Source of the DNA: Mytilus trossulus
Taxonomy: Eukaryota
Assembly: GCF_036588685.1 (NCBI RefSeq)
Contig: NC_086375.1
Span: 88,970,001-89,034,000 of the forward strand
DNA length: 64,000 nucleotides
Reading direction: 5' to 3'
A model generated the notes under the pieces. The model was not told where the DNA came from and searched no databases. It was given only the letters and a program-made list of their open reading frames with translations. A program made the position numbers and the translations under genes. Positions 25,349 through 38,691 of the stretch are shown piece after piece (within the stretch, counting starts at the first letter, position 1; each line of letters begins with the position of its first letter).

Positions 25349-26944
25349 TAAAATTATCTAGCATAGTCCAAAATGAAGCAAAACTAATGGCATCATAGGA
25401 CATTCAACTCGTACAAAAGAGATTTCTCTTTGAATTTCCTACAACTTTCTTTTAACTGAAATTATATATCATGTGGAGATTTTATGTCTACCCGGAATCT
25501 TTTTTGGTAAAAATCATAAAAATGAATTAAGTATCAGTTCATGCATACTCATCATATATTTGTATATATAAGATTTGATGTCCTGCTACACAAATGCACA
25601 TTGCACATATCATTAATCTTTGCATCATCTAAATCTACGCTAAATTCACAAATCGTCTGTCATCATCAAAACCTGCTCAATTTTTAAATATGTGTCTAAA
25701 TCTAGTCAATATTCATATACCATATATCATCGTCAAAACCCGTATAATTTGTCAATCTCTTAATCCACGCAATATTCCCAAATCTTCTGTAATCGTCAAA
25801 ATATGCTTTATTTCAATATATTTGTCCTCTTAATCTACTCAATGTGCACATACCATATGTCTGTCATCGCCTAAATCTGCTCATTTTTCAGATACTTCTA
25901 AGATTAGTAATTTTGTGATTTTACTTTTTACATCCATTATATCTGCTCAAGACTATTCTAACGTATCATCTTTTGTCCTCTTAATCAAAGATACACACTT
26001 AATCTCTTAGTAGTAGTTTGGCTGTGGAGAATCTGTCACAAAAACTAAACATTGTCTATCAATAGAAGATTTTGAACTTCAGAAGATTTAAAAAAAAAAA
26101 CTACAGTTGATGTGTCGTCATCAGTAAACCCTTTGTCCTATAACAGTAGGTCGCGCGACAGAAGATCTGCAATCCTAACTTAAAATTATGTCTGTAAAAG
26201 AGATTCGAACTATAAAACGTGTGCAATATAGATATTTCGTTTTGTTATAGTTTGTATGAAGAACGATAAATAAACGTATATTTGAAATATAAAGAACAGA
26301 CACTAATTTCATAGGCTCATCTAATCACAAGCTTAGAGAAATAATTTGTTTCTTTACTTAAAAATACCCAATCGGAATCGCGTGAATTCCAAACAGACAA
26401 TTGCGTGCTTCTTTAGGACAATTAGCTCTCAATATACATGAATCAATCGAAATGAAAAGCAAGTGTAGCAAAAATATCACAAGAGGAAATACGAAGACTT
26501 TTCTGATGTGTGATATATCTACGACCGCGTGAGTTGAGACACAGACACACCTTATCGGTCCACTTATGGTATGGTAACTTAAGAAAATATGGTTTTCCAT
26601 TAAAAGAACACTAATAAAGTTCAAGTAATTTAAACCATTATACACTAGTAAAACAGATATATTACCGCCACGTGAAGGCAGGGAGTATAATTGCTGAGAA
26701 AAATTGGACATTGCAACTAAAAAAAGTCAAGTTTGTTATATCCTAGATTGTTATAGTTGTCCATCTGTGTCAATTTCTTGTCATAAATGAAATGTAATAC
26801 AATATATATTAAAAGAGGATACACGTTAATTAGTCATCTGATACTCCCAAACTGCGTTGTTCACAGTTAGTCTGAAAAAGTCATCTTGGATACTCCACCC
26901 CCTGTGCTTTTTACATTAAGTCTGGGTTAACTCTGGGTAGTTTA

Positions 26945-27884
26945 TGCTTTATATCTTGATTGACAACATATTTGCTACGTTCGGAGGACGTGTTTTTCAA
27001 CAGACTGTCGGCATTACAATGGGAACCAATTGTGCCCCTCTTCTTGCCGACTTGTTTCTTTATTATTATGAAACTGACTTCATACAGGTTCTTCTTAGAA
27101 AGAAAGATAAGCAGTTGACAATATCCTTGAACTTTACTTTCCGCTATATAGATGATGTTCTCTCACTAAATAATTCAAAATTTGATGACTATGTTGAACG
27201 CATCTATATAATCGAACTAGAGATAAAGGATACGACAAATACAGTTAAGTCGGCCTCATATCTTGACTTACATCGAGAAATTGACAATGATTGTCGATTG
27301 AAAACAAAACTTTACGATAAAGAGATGATTTCAGCTTTCCAGTTGTGAACTTTCCATTTCAAAGAAGAAACATACCAGCAGCACCTGCATACGGGGTATA
27401 TATCTCCCAATTGATATTATTTTCCCGTGCTTGTATTTCCTATCATGATTTTCTTGATAGAGGGTTGCAGCTCACAAGGAAGTTATAAACGAACAGTTTG
27501 AAATGGTGAAGTTGAAATCATCACTTCGTAAATTTTACCGATACCATCACGAGTTGGTTGACCGTTATGGAATAGCCATTTCACAGATGATCCCCTTTCC
27601 TTTCAGGAATGTGACCTATCGAATTAGACAATTTACCGCATTTGTTATAACTTGAGCAACAAGACGGGTGCCACATGTAGAGTAGGATCTGCTTAACCTT
27701 CCGGAGCACCTAAGATCACCCCTAGTTTTTGGTTGGGTAAGAGTTGCTTATTCTTTAGTTTTATATGTTGTGTCATGGGTATTGTTGTTTGTATGTTTAT
27801 CTTTCTTCATTTTCAGCCATGACGTTGTCAGTTTATGATCTATTTATGGGTTTGACTGTCCCTCTGGTATCTTTCGTCCCTCTA
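26945..27884 (+). mobile_element. Penelope-like retroelement (Naiad-like), RT C-terminal fragment plus 3' tail
   Basis: LIDNIFATFGGRVFQQTVGITMGTNCAPLLADLFLYYYE...FRYIDDVLSLNN...SASYLDL..LKTKLYDK, followed by a frameshift; same family as 16753-17886. Confidence 0.88.
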
Positions 27885-28816
27885 TTAAGAGCCAGCAATA
27901 TTTTCCAGGGAAGTAACGGAACTGAATATTAATAATTAAATAATGAAAAATATGTAGTGTCCTTATTCTAACAATTAAGACTGTTTCTTTGGGTTTTTTT
28001 CTGCACAAGCGTCAAAAGTAATAACAGAAAACAGAAATACATGTACAGTTTATAAATAAACTACCCAAAATGCAATGATATTTGAGATAGTTATTCAAAA
28101 TGTATATAACAATATTTAACTATATTAAATTGCTTTAATCTTTTTAAAGCTCAAAGATATTTAATATTTTGCACCTATATTATCATGTTGGGCAAGTTTG
28201 AAAATAGAAAATAGAAAAATATCATTACACTTGTATATAATTGGTCAAATAATACAAACCTTTAATTGAATCTATAATTTTTAATGTGAGTTAATTGACA
28301 GCTTTCAGTTATAAGAGTTGATACGCGATATATAATATTTGACTTACACTCAACACTTAATATGTTTAATCATCCATAGATCATGATAAAAACACCCGGG
28401 GAGTAAACACTGGGACCCAAGTATCACATACAAGAAATTTCAGTCATAAAATTAAACAATAGTATCAATATTTAATTGTTTTATACAGACCATATTTCAA
28501 TTTGAAATCGTAAACAAATCAATCATTTTCAAAAAACCATTTAAATACAAGTTACATATCTTGGCCCTGGATTGATATTAATATAATAGTGATTTCCTGG
28601 GAATCAAAGTGCAAGTAGAATTCACCTGTGATATTAAAGACCTATATAGATATATCTATGTACGTACTTACCTATCTATGAACAATGCGCATGGCAATTT
28701 GGAAAAAATAAAAACGTAATAGAGAAGGTATGTTTAAATGGCGGGAAAAGCAACTAGCAGCTAGTAGCATAGATACTTGGGCTTGATGCTTTCTCGACCA
28801 AACTTTTTATTTTGAA

Positions 28817-31800
28817 ATGGATTTATACTCAGAAGCTAATTATGCACACGAAATGTCACCATGTCCTAAATGTCGAGGCGACAGCGACATAACAACGGGA
28901 AGAAAACAATCACTTACTAGTTCGCAAAGACTAATTATCTTAGCAACTATAGTTCTATTTATTTTATCTTGTGCAATTTTGGCATGCAATGTGTGGATAC
29001 TATCAGAAAACATTAACATCAGACATGAACTGTCTAACGAGTTACATAAAGCTGCTTTACAAAATCAAGTTGAAGAAACTCATGGAGTAAGTATTAAAAC
29101 ATGTTTATTTCTAATCATAGAAATATTTTTTCTTTTTCTTTAACAAATACTTTTACAGTTGCAAAACTGTTTCTTCTTTTTTTATTTGTTTTATGCTAGC
29201 TAGTGTTTTGTTTTCGCTTTTGTTTTTTGTATTTTTTATTTTGAATCTTTATTTCTTTTTGGTTTTAATATTTAATTTATTTTAGGGGGAGGTAGGTCGT
29301 TAAAAAGGCTTCTTCATTATTCCTGTATAATTAATACTATTGTATAAATGCAAAGGACGTGGGAAACATAATTGATGTACATCAGCTTAACTGGTATTAT
29401 CTCCCTTTCCGTTGAATTCGTTGAAATCAGCCAAATTCTCATGAATCAATTTACTTCCTCTTTCTGTTCTGTAAATTGGTCTGATTACCTAAAACGGAAA
29501 TAAATTAATATTAAAACATTTCCGTTTTTAATTTTTATTAATCTTTAAGTCAATATTTACAACTCTAAATTATCGCATATAGTGTGATGCAACGCTCTTT
29601 TGCGGATAAAAAAACTTTTTAAGGAAGATGGAGAAAGCATTCATCGTTAAAGCTGCTTAGTATTCGGCGTATTGTTTTGTTGATATTAAGTTGTATATAA
29701 ATGTGTTTTGCTTTTCATAACTTCCTTTATATTTACTTTTTCGACTGGTGGTATTTTCTTTGTATTATCTGTTTTAATGAGTTATCTTTATCCATCAATG
29801 AATGAAGCAAAAATGAAGACAGTTTCAACTATATATGCTGTGCCAAAGGTGTTCAAATAAATAAGTTAACCTTTTATATTCATAGTCACATTATGTACAT
29901 CATATTATTAACGGCTTAGTAAACCTAAACTGATTTTAATTACTTCAAAAGTTGACATCAATCTATGTAGTCAATTACTTCCTGTGAATAAAGAAAGTTT
30001 TTTATCCTTAACGAATTTGATCTCTTAAACAGAAAATGCGTACTTCTCAAGAAGATCTTGACATCAATCCGATTAATTTTGTTAAATATTTTTTGTTTGA
30101 ATTTGACTTTTTGTAAGTTGCTTTTTGTAACTGTTTTCCCTTACTCTATACATTTTCCTTCTTTTTTTTTATTATGCAATTTTCATTAGTTTTTTTTCTT
30201 CATTTCTTACATACATCTAATAATTTTCTGCGAAAATTTGAATAAAAATAATTTCGTTTTGAAATTACATAAAATGAGCGAGAAATTAGTGTAGGTTAGT
30301 ATATATCTCGATTTAAGGAGGCTCGCGGGTATAAGACTTTCAGAAAAACATTAAACATTTAGAATTAACATTAAAATTCTATTTATTACCTTTAGTAGTT
30401 GTGACTTTATCATAGGGTACAAAAATCATTCGACAAAATCAATTCGTGTAGGCCCCATGTGACTTTTAAAATGTAGATATCATTGAAAGTGCTCCAAATT
30501 ATCTCCCTTTGTATCAAAAATGCCATTTTTTGGCTTAAAAATTGAAATAACTTTTTCAACTCATCGGCGACCTATATTTTTCATTGTTGTTTTCGAAGAA
30601 GCTGTACATAAACTAAGTAATTGTAAAATTTAAGCGATTTCTGTAATTGAGTTATTTTTTTATTTCGATATTACCGCTATTTCTGCTATTAGTTCAACAG
30701 AAAAAAGGGACATAAACAAAAATGTATGCTTCTTTTGAAGGCAGATTGTGAGCGTAAATGAACGGTGACCCCATTATTTTAATTAGTTTTTTTTTTTCTA
30801 TTAGGATTAAGATAAAGTTCATTTAGAGAAAAATATAGAGGAATCCTATATTAAATAAAAAAAATGATTTAGACCCGCGAGCCCCCTTAAATACTTATTT
30901 AATGACTCTCAAATCGAATTAACAGTACTAATTAGGATAACAACATAATTGAACTCCCTTTTTTCATAACAATACATTCTGTAGTTTCCTCTTTATAGTT
31001 TTTAGCTTTGCAGTATACGTAAAATCGATATGCATTTTAGCTTCACGAAACATAATAGGATAAACTAGTTTCATGTTCAAAGATTATGTAAAAATAAGGG
31101 GACTTCCAGTGACAAATGACAAGGCTTTAAACAACCATCAGGCATTATACGCAATGAGCAAAAATGTATAGTTAGCTGTTATTGGCTACGGCATGGCAAA
31201 ATATTTTTTTTTAAAAGTCGAGAGGAGCAGGGTATTACTTTACAAATGTTGTTGTAATGAACTCTAAGCTTAGCCCCTCTTACTTCGGTAAGTGAAATAA
31301 CTAGATTGTGAAATGAAAATCAGCTCAGAAAAGTCAAATAAACTGTATAACACTTGTATAATAAACAACACAGCATTCAATTAATTCAATTTAACATAAT
31401 ACCGTATCTAAAATGCTTACAAAGGAAAATAGCATTTTGTCCATAGCGCTCTTCTTGGTTAACCTTCACCATGAACGCTGTAATAAACAATGACGTTGCA
31501 AGTTATTCGTACTTTGCAAGGGCAAATATCTTTATATAATCCTTTTACTAGTGTGCAAAAGACAGGGAAGAATTAAATATATATCTGATAAATATAAATA
31601 CTTATCTGTTTATTGTTTAAAATGTAAAAAGATGTTGTCTTGTCATTAAATATCAAAATGTTGACATCCAGGTCAATTGTCAACGGCTAGAATTTAGAAA
31701 AAACAAGAAAACAGAATATGTCTGTACGTCTCATGGCAGCGCATGCGTTGAATGCGAAGCTCTAGTTTCTTTTTTTTCAGTTTCATTTCTTGTTTTTGCC

Positions 31801-34800
31801 TTAAATTTATGTCATCCAAGTTTTATTCATTTACTTCCAATAGGATGAAGACGACGATGGAATTTACAACCACGTGGTTTTTAAACGAAACGCTCAAAAG
31901 AAAACCAAATCGAAGAGAGGTATATATATATATAAAAATTGCACAAGATGATCTTTAACACTTTTCGTAAAGTTCTTTTCACTATTTAAGACCATAGAAG
32001 AAGAAATGCTTCGAAAAAGAAAATATAATACCAAGAACATTGTTAATGAATAAAAAATAGATTCTTGTATGCATATAAAGCAAATGCGTGATACAGCGCA
32101 GGGGCGGATCGAGTCATTTTAAAAGGGGGAGGGCAATTGGGGGTTCCAACGACATGTCCCCATTCAAATGTAATGATCGTCTAAAAAAGGAGGGTTCAAA
32201 ACCCTTGGACCCCCCTCCGGATCCGGAGTATAACAAACACAATTTTGATATAAAATTTATTTTGTGTTTTTCTTTCAAGCAATCATCCGATGTGCATGAT
32301 AATTTACTTCAACTGTAATAGCTCTAAAGAATTATTATATTTGTGCAATATATTTCAATCTCAGGTCGCAGATGTAAGTGCAAAGGTAAACGTGGGAAAA
32401 GAGGACCTCCCGGACCCAAAGGTGATCAAGGAGAAAAAGGTGAATCTGGTAAAACAGGACAAAGTGGTACTCCTGGTATAAGAGGAGATCCGGGTCCTAT
32501 TGGGACTCAAGGAAATACTGGTGTGTATCATTTGATAAAAAAAACGATACAATGTATGTGTTTACTTAATTTTACTAAATCTGGGTATAAATTTCACCAA
32601 AATTGAAATATAATATATATAATAAAGATTTTCAAGCTTCGATTACACGTATATGTAGTGGAAAGAAAACAATGTTATCTGCTTTACGTACAGTTCGGTA
32701 GTTTTGATATGTCAGTCTAGGTACATGTTTTATATGCTATTTCGTTACTAATCCACTAATATATCAATTTGATTTTATGTCTCATATGTCAGTTATTTAA
32801 AGGATAAAGCCACGGTAATTTATCTTAAAACATTAGTTAACATTACTCATATTTTAATTAATCGTTTTATATGATTTATAGGACCGAAAGGAGAGAAAGG
32901 TGATCCTAGTAAAACGGTAAGTACAGTAGCAATTATGAAGAATATTTCTTGTAAAAATTAAAATAAAAAAATACTGAACTTAGAGGACAGTCAAATCGGA
33001 AAGTCCATAATGTCATGGCAAAATTGAAATACAAAACGCATCAAAAACGAATGGACAAGAACTGTCATATTCCTGTTTTGGTACAGGCATTTTCAAACGT
33101 AGAAAATGGTGGATTAAACCTGGTTCTATAGCGTTAACCTTCTCACCTTGTAAAATGATGTACTCCAGAAAAAAGCGATATCATTAAATTAGCATATTTA
33201 GTATAACAATCATAATAGCATCATAAGTTGATTAAACTAGTGGAAAAAATAATAATAGGATATAGCTTAACTTTAAACTTTAAGCGTTGAATACACATCG
33301 AAGACCCATTGTTAGCATTCGGCTGTTGACACTTTAGCCGGGTTGTCGTCTTTTTGACACATTTACTATTTCCATTTTCAATTTTATAGAATGAATACAG
33401 AATAGACAAGTCTATCTTGCTTATCGGGTAATATTTAGTTTGTTTTGTCTTGTTTTATTGTTGTTGCCACAGTAATGTATACCGCATACATACTTCTAGT
33501 TGTGAATTCCTCAAATTAATATGCTTTACTTATTGCTATTATGTCGGTTTGCTGGAATGCAGATAATTATCTTATTTATGACCTATAAATTATTTTTCAG
33601 ATAAAAATAAAAGCAGCCCATTATACTTCTGACTTCGATCGCGACATAGACCATGAGGACAAGATCTGGGAAAAGACAAAAAATGGTTATAGAGAATATG
33701 GTGCACATCATTCACATTTTATACTAATAACGCTTATATTTTCACTGAAGCAATCACTAATATAAAGAACTAAGAGGACGTTTTTTCCACTTTTTTTTTT
33801 AAAAGATTTCACAGTTATCCGTAAAAAATAGGACAGTTTTGATTTATTTTTTATCTATATTTTTGTAGCAAAACACAAACTCAACCCTCATTTATCTGAG
33901 ATCCGTTATCAGTTATGTTTTTACTACATTCGATATGCTAAATCCAGACAATCTTTTAGAAGCTAATGCTTGTTTCATTTATGTTTAATAATTAAAACTG
34001 GTAAATTTAGCTCTGAAATATCTTGAAAAATAAATAAGTATATGCATTATACTCATTATTTAACATTTAAAGAAAAGTATGCATGTACTTATTAATTTTT
34101 CACATCAAAGTAAAGTATTATGAACATTACCCCACACTTAAAAACAAACGAAATAATACAAGAAAAAGAAGTGACTAACGAGGCAATGGGAATTTATAAG
34201 TCGAAAAAGGTAAAAATGATTGGGGAAAAGAAAAAAGACAGACAACATTCTAGAGAAGGTTCACAGAAAAGTAAAGATTCAAAAATATTAACCACAAAGA
34301 ACACCGAGTAGTGATATATAAAGGCAACAGTAGTATACCGCTGTTCGAAACTCATAAATCCATGGACAAAAAACAAAATCGGGGTAACAAACTAAAACCG
34401 AGGGAAAGCATTAAATATAAGAGGAGAACAACGACATAACACTAAAATGTAACACACACAGAAACGGACCGAGCATCAGACAAAATCCCACGAGAATAAC
34501 AAATATAACATCAAAACCAAATACATGAATTAGGGATATCCGTTGTATTGCTCATGAAAAGTCATTATCCCCTAAAACATCGTATTCAGTTAGGCTAGCT
34601 ACGAGACGTAGATAACGGACTTGAGAAACCCCTAGTATTACATACCCGTGGTCATCTGTGACTAAGATATTCCATAACGGTCAACCAAATTGTGTGGCAT
34701 CCGTAGGAATTTTGACAAGTTTCTCAACTTTACCAGTCAAATATCCCAATTGAAAGCTCATCTTTTACGGAACTCATGTATAGGTAAAAGCATCAGTAGT

Positions 34801-37800
34801 ATTATCAAAACCTACAAAAAAACTAATTACACAGGCTTTCATAATTTTTAAATTGAAGAGATTAAACTTTTGGTATACACCGTCACATATTTAAATTTGT
34901 AAAGTAAATTACAGATATGTTCAATTATACAAATTGGCACCATAAACATTCTATGCTCGTTATTATGTCAATTGATGAGGAATTTGGCTTCAAAGTTAGT
35001 TGTGAAAGTATGCTTCAGGAATATCAAAAATACCTGCCATTTCTTATTCGTACCAAGTGACAAAATTAAAGCGGTATTTTGATACCTCTATACACTATCA
35101 AGATGCATTTCTTTTTTAATCGAATTTTTAGAAAGCTAATCAATTGTGTTAATAATTTGCTTGTTTTGCAGTTGAATGCAATAACATATGGCATGGTACT
35201 GTTTGCAGAAATAGAACATATACAAGTTTAAGTAAGTAGCAGTCAATGCACGTATTTCATGCTTTATTCAAAGTATGTTTCCAATAATTTTCCAAATACA
35301 CTTTAAAGGCTAGTATCATTATTGCACAATATAATGATCTGCAAAGGTTTTCTGACATAACTTTTTCGATAGTGGTAACGGAATTTTTTTCATACACCAC
35401 ACATGTTCATGATACTTGCAAATAAAGGCAACAGTAGTATACCGCTGTTCGACATTCATAAATCGATTGAGAAAAAAACAAAGCCAGGTTACAAACTAAA
35501 ACTGAGGGCCACACATTTTAAGAGATCTACGAAACAACAGAAACACAACACTAAATAGTAAAACACACAGAAACGAACAATGGCCATTTTCCTGACTTGG
35601 TACAGGACATTTTAATAAAATAAATGGTAGATTAAACCTGGTTTTGAAGCTCGCAAAACCTTCCGCTTTTATGACATTGTTAAATATAGTTAAAATGACA
35701 ACATTACATGACAGGACTACAATACATTTAAATGGGAGTACATATAGGACACAGAAACACACAAATGATAGCCACCAAAACAAAAAGTATCAGGTTTTAA
35801 TTTAATACACCAGACGCGCGTTTCGCCCACACTAGACCAATCAGTGATGCTCAGATAAAAAAAGTTCGAAAGCAAACAAATACAAAGTTGAAGAGCACTG
35901 ATGATCAAAAGTTCCAAATATCTGTGTCCAATACGGGTAAGGTTATCTGCCTGGGATATGAACATCCATATTATTCAAACTTTTGCAAACAGTTAATCGT
36001 CTTAACCAATTTCTAACGACAAAATTTTGACATTATCTATTCAACATCTGATGTTGATACACTTTTAAATATAAAAATATATAAGGCTACATCTATAGCT
36101 ATGTTATTTATAGAAAACAGTCAAACTATGACGTTTCTAGAGAGATCGAATTGGAATAATGTTGAAAATCCGTTTGATGATACAGAAAAGGGAAAATATA
36201 AAGCCAAAGAAACAGGGATATATCTCGTTTACTTCCATGTAAGTTTATAGTTAGAATCAGGAACACTCACAACAAACATTTGATAAATGAAACAGAAAAC
36301 AGAGACACGTCTGTCTGCTGCCACATGCTTCGTTAATTCGTACAGTAAACACACGTCTTATGGACTCAATTATAATTGTTTGTTGTTTTTTCTTTTTGGT
36401 TGCAGGGGATGAGGTTACGGAAACCTAAAACGAATAAAATAATTTAAGGCCGATCAGTAAATAGCTTTACTGAAGAAAATTTATATTTGGGTAATACAAA
36501 TGCAATGCACTCTAAATGAACATAACTTTTTATTTTGAGAAAGAATAAAAAACCTTACTGAATAATGTTAATGGTAGTTGTTTGTTTATTTGTGTGTGTT
36601 TTTAATATGTACATCAGATGCATCATATTGACATCGTCTTTATATTGAACAATAATTATCAAACCTCATTTAAAATAGCTCTAGACCAAATCACAGCTTA
36701 ACAGATTGTCACCGAGAACTTATGTAATCTAGAAATGCGATTATTTTTTTGGCATCTCAATTATTGTCACAATTAATCTAAAGGCGGTTTCTGCTAACAA
36801 TGCGGATCACCTTAGATAATCATCCACAACCAATCAGAAGGCGGTGACCTGCATACAATTGTGCATCACCCGAGATATTATCCACAACGTTTGGAGTGAT
36901 AAATGCTGACCAGTCCTAAATGACGTGTTTGGTTTGCTTGTCTTTTCGTCGTTTACGTTTGCCTAGCCGTGTTTTTATCTTTATATAATATAATAGAATT
37001 ATTTTTCTTCTGCTACTTTTTTAAAGAGCCACTGGTTTGGACTTTATTCTAATGAAGGTCCACATATTGATTGATTGATTGATTGGTAGAACTTACATTT
37101 ATATAATGCAAATATTTGGCGTATATTCAAGACGGATTTTATTTGTTAAAGTTATTTGTTAAAGAAATGAACTGACACATCCACAATGGGGAAAATTAAG
37201 TAATCGACATTGGTTGCTGTTTTTCATATTGATATTTCATCTCTTTGGTTTGTTCCACACATTGTTACACCAATGCGTTTAAAGTTTGAATTACCATATC
37301 AGTTTTGCTCATTTTTGAAGGCCCTTCGAATGCATATAGTTATCTTTTTGAAAGGACCAGGTACGATAAGGCCCATTTTTGGCCCCTTATTTTCTCATTT
37401 TTCAAATTCTGTTTTGGAAAGCTACTTATCACGTTAAAATATTCCCTCAGGTTGGAAGTTTGTTTGGATGAAATTCAAAACTTTATTTTCAGAAAATTGG
37501 GGAGGTGATTGGGTTAAAAAGGCACCAAAAAACGCCGAAACAAGGAAAACATACGATTTTTGGTCATTGTTTCTTAATTCAATTAAAATTTGATAGGGTC
37601 CGCCTATCTTCCAGAGAAAATGTTAGCGATTAAGACAGAAAAAAACCAGTGTTAATGACATTACAATAAAACAAATCTTGGGTCACGCTAGCGCAGGCAC
37701 ATAAAAAATAAAAATGTTGTTGTACGAAACACCTGCAAAGTGAATAATAATTACAATATTTGAGTAGTAACAGAAATTTAACCCCTCTCACAAGAACAGA

Positions 37801-38691
37801 ATTTGAGAAACGAAAAGATTGAGGGGGACAAAAGCGGGCCTTATCGTACCTCGACATTTTCTCTGGTTGAGAGGTGCTTATTAGTAGTTATATCATATCT
37901 ATAAAACTATATATTGGGTTTACCAGAATATGGTTTCGCAGATCTTAATATTTAAGATATCTTCACGCTATATACTTTGACTTCTTCCTAAAAAGAAAAT
38001 TATTTTGGTTAATTAACAGAAGCCAACATGTTTTCTACTAACAAAATGAAGTTAGCAATATGAAAGATACAAAACAAAACTACATGTTTATGCTTTTTTA
38101 TTAGTCTTTTGAATTATAGTTCGATATAATTTTAAAACCTTATCATTTCCTATGTACTTCTTATTTGAATCATTAAGATTTTTAACAATTAATTTCTTTA
38201 CATCTGAAACAAAAAAAAAACTGCGTTCGCTATGTTTACATACAAAGCATTGTTTAATTCAAATATAAACCTGTAATTTGTCAGATATTTGTAAATGAAG
38301 GCATCTTTTAAAATATTTTGGACAAGATTGCTGTTGCTACTAAAAAATGATTTTCACAGAAACCGGAAAATAATTTTGAAAATAAAACTATATGTTATTG
38401 CAGGTTGTGTTCAATAATGTTTTGTCCAGGGAAGAAATAGCCATCATACATCATCGACATAACCCAAACACTGACACTGTACTTAGGTGTGTTGAAGGCA
38501 ACGACAGTTATGATCACGGACCAAAAAGTCATAAAAACAAAAAGATGAAGACTTGCAGCATAACAAGTGTACTATTCGTTCAGCAGAATGATGTTTTAGA
38601 AATACAAAACAAAATTGCTGGTACATCCATTGACCTTACGAAGGATGCTACATATTTTGGAGCAGTTCTTTTATCAAATGTTCCTCAATGA
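28817..38691 (+). CDS. ectodysplasin-A-like TNF ligand gene 3 (TM, basic stalk, collagen, TNF domain; ~364-369 aa, 8 exons)
   Basis: Exons 28817-29086, 31844-31919, 32365-32520, 32882-32916, 33601-33685 (or -33700; donor uncertain, both phase 1), 35172-35231, 36114-36238, 38404-38691. [26 protein letters not shown]; stalk [25 protein letters not shown]; 18 uninterrupted Gly-X-Y; [49 protein letters not shown]. Orthology to vertebrate EDA is not established, so no symbol. Confidence 0.9.
30317..30886. mobile_element. MITE with TTAA target-site duplication (Kolobok-like termini)
   Basis: TTAA|GGAGGCTCGCGGGTATAA ... TTAGACCCGCGAGCCCCC|TTAA; purine-purine termini plus TTAA fit Kolobok rather than piggyBac. 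Confidence 0.8.
32099..32226. mobile_element. short GC-rich MITE remnant
   Basis: CAGGGGCGGATC start and ...CCCCCCTCCGGATCCG end; GC-rich island within an AT-rich intron. Confidence 0.45.
34318..34540. repeat. interspersed repeat (AAGGCAACAGTAGTATACCGCTGTTC family)
   Basis: Recurs at ~16322-16440, ~35425-35580, ~41800-41835 and ~50500-50665 (reverse complement). Confidence 0.7.
35785..35995 (-). mobile_element. decayed retrozyme copy
   Basis: Reverse complement GAGCATCACTGATTGGTCTAGTGTGGGCGAAACGCGCGTCTGGTGT; core mutated. Confidence 0.7.
37351..37859. mobile_element. MITE with ~60-bp imperfect terminal inverted repeats
   Basis: AGGTACGATAAGGCCCATTTTTGGCCCC...TTTCAAATTCTGTT versus AACAGAATTTGAGAA...GGGGGACAAAAGCGGGCCTTATCGTACCT; no clear target-site duplication. 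Confidence 0.75.

Noticed and set aside
25600-25960. Loosely repetitive tracts (also ~41300-41920 and 6957-7012)
   Set aside because: Too degenerate to define a unit reliably; no functional signal.
27560-27884. SECIS element or hammerhead in the Penelope-like tail
   Set aside because: I could not identify a convincing SECIS core or CUGAUGA/GAAA pair by eye.
31991-32028. Candidate basic micro-exon in gene 3 ([12 protein letters not shown])
   Set aside because: Hits a stop before any donor; exons 2 and 3 already join in phase.
32365-38691. Calling gene 3 a C1q-domain protein, or assigning the symbol EDA
   Set aside because: Type II TM, basic/furin stalk and A-A-H, G-x-Y-x-V-Y, T-Y-F-G-A-V-L-L motifs favour a TNF domain over C1q; orthology to vertebrate EDA needs a phylogeny.
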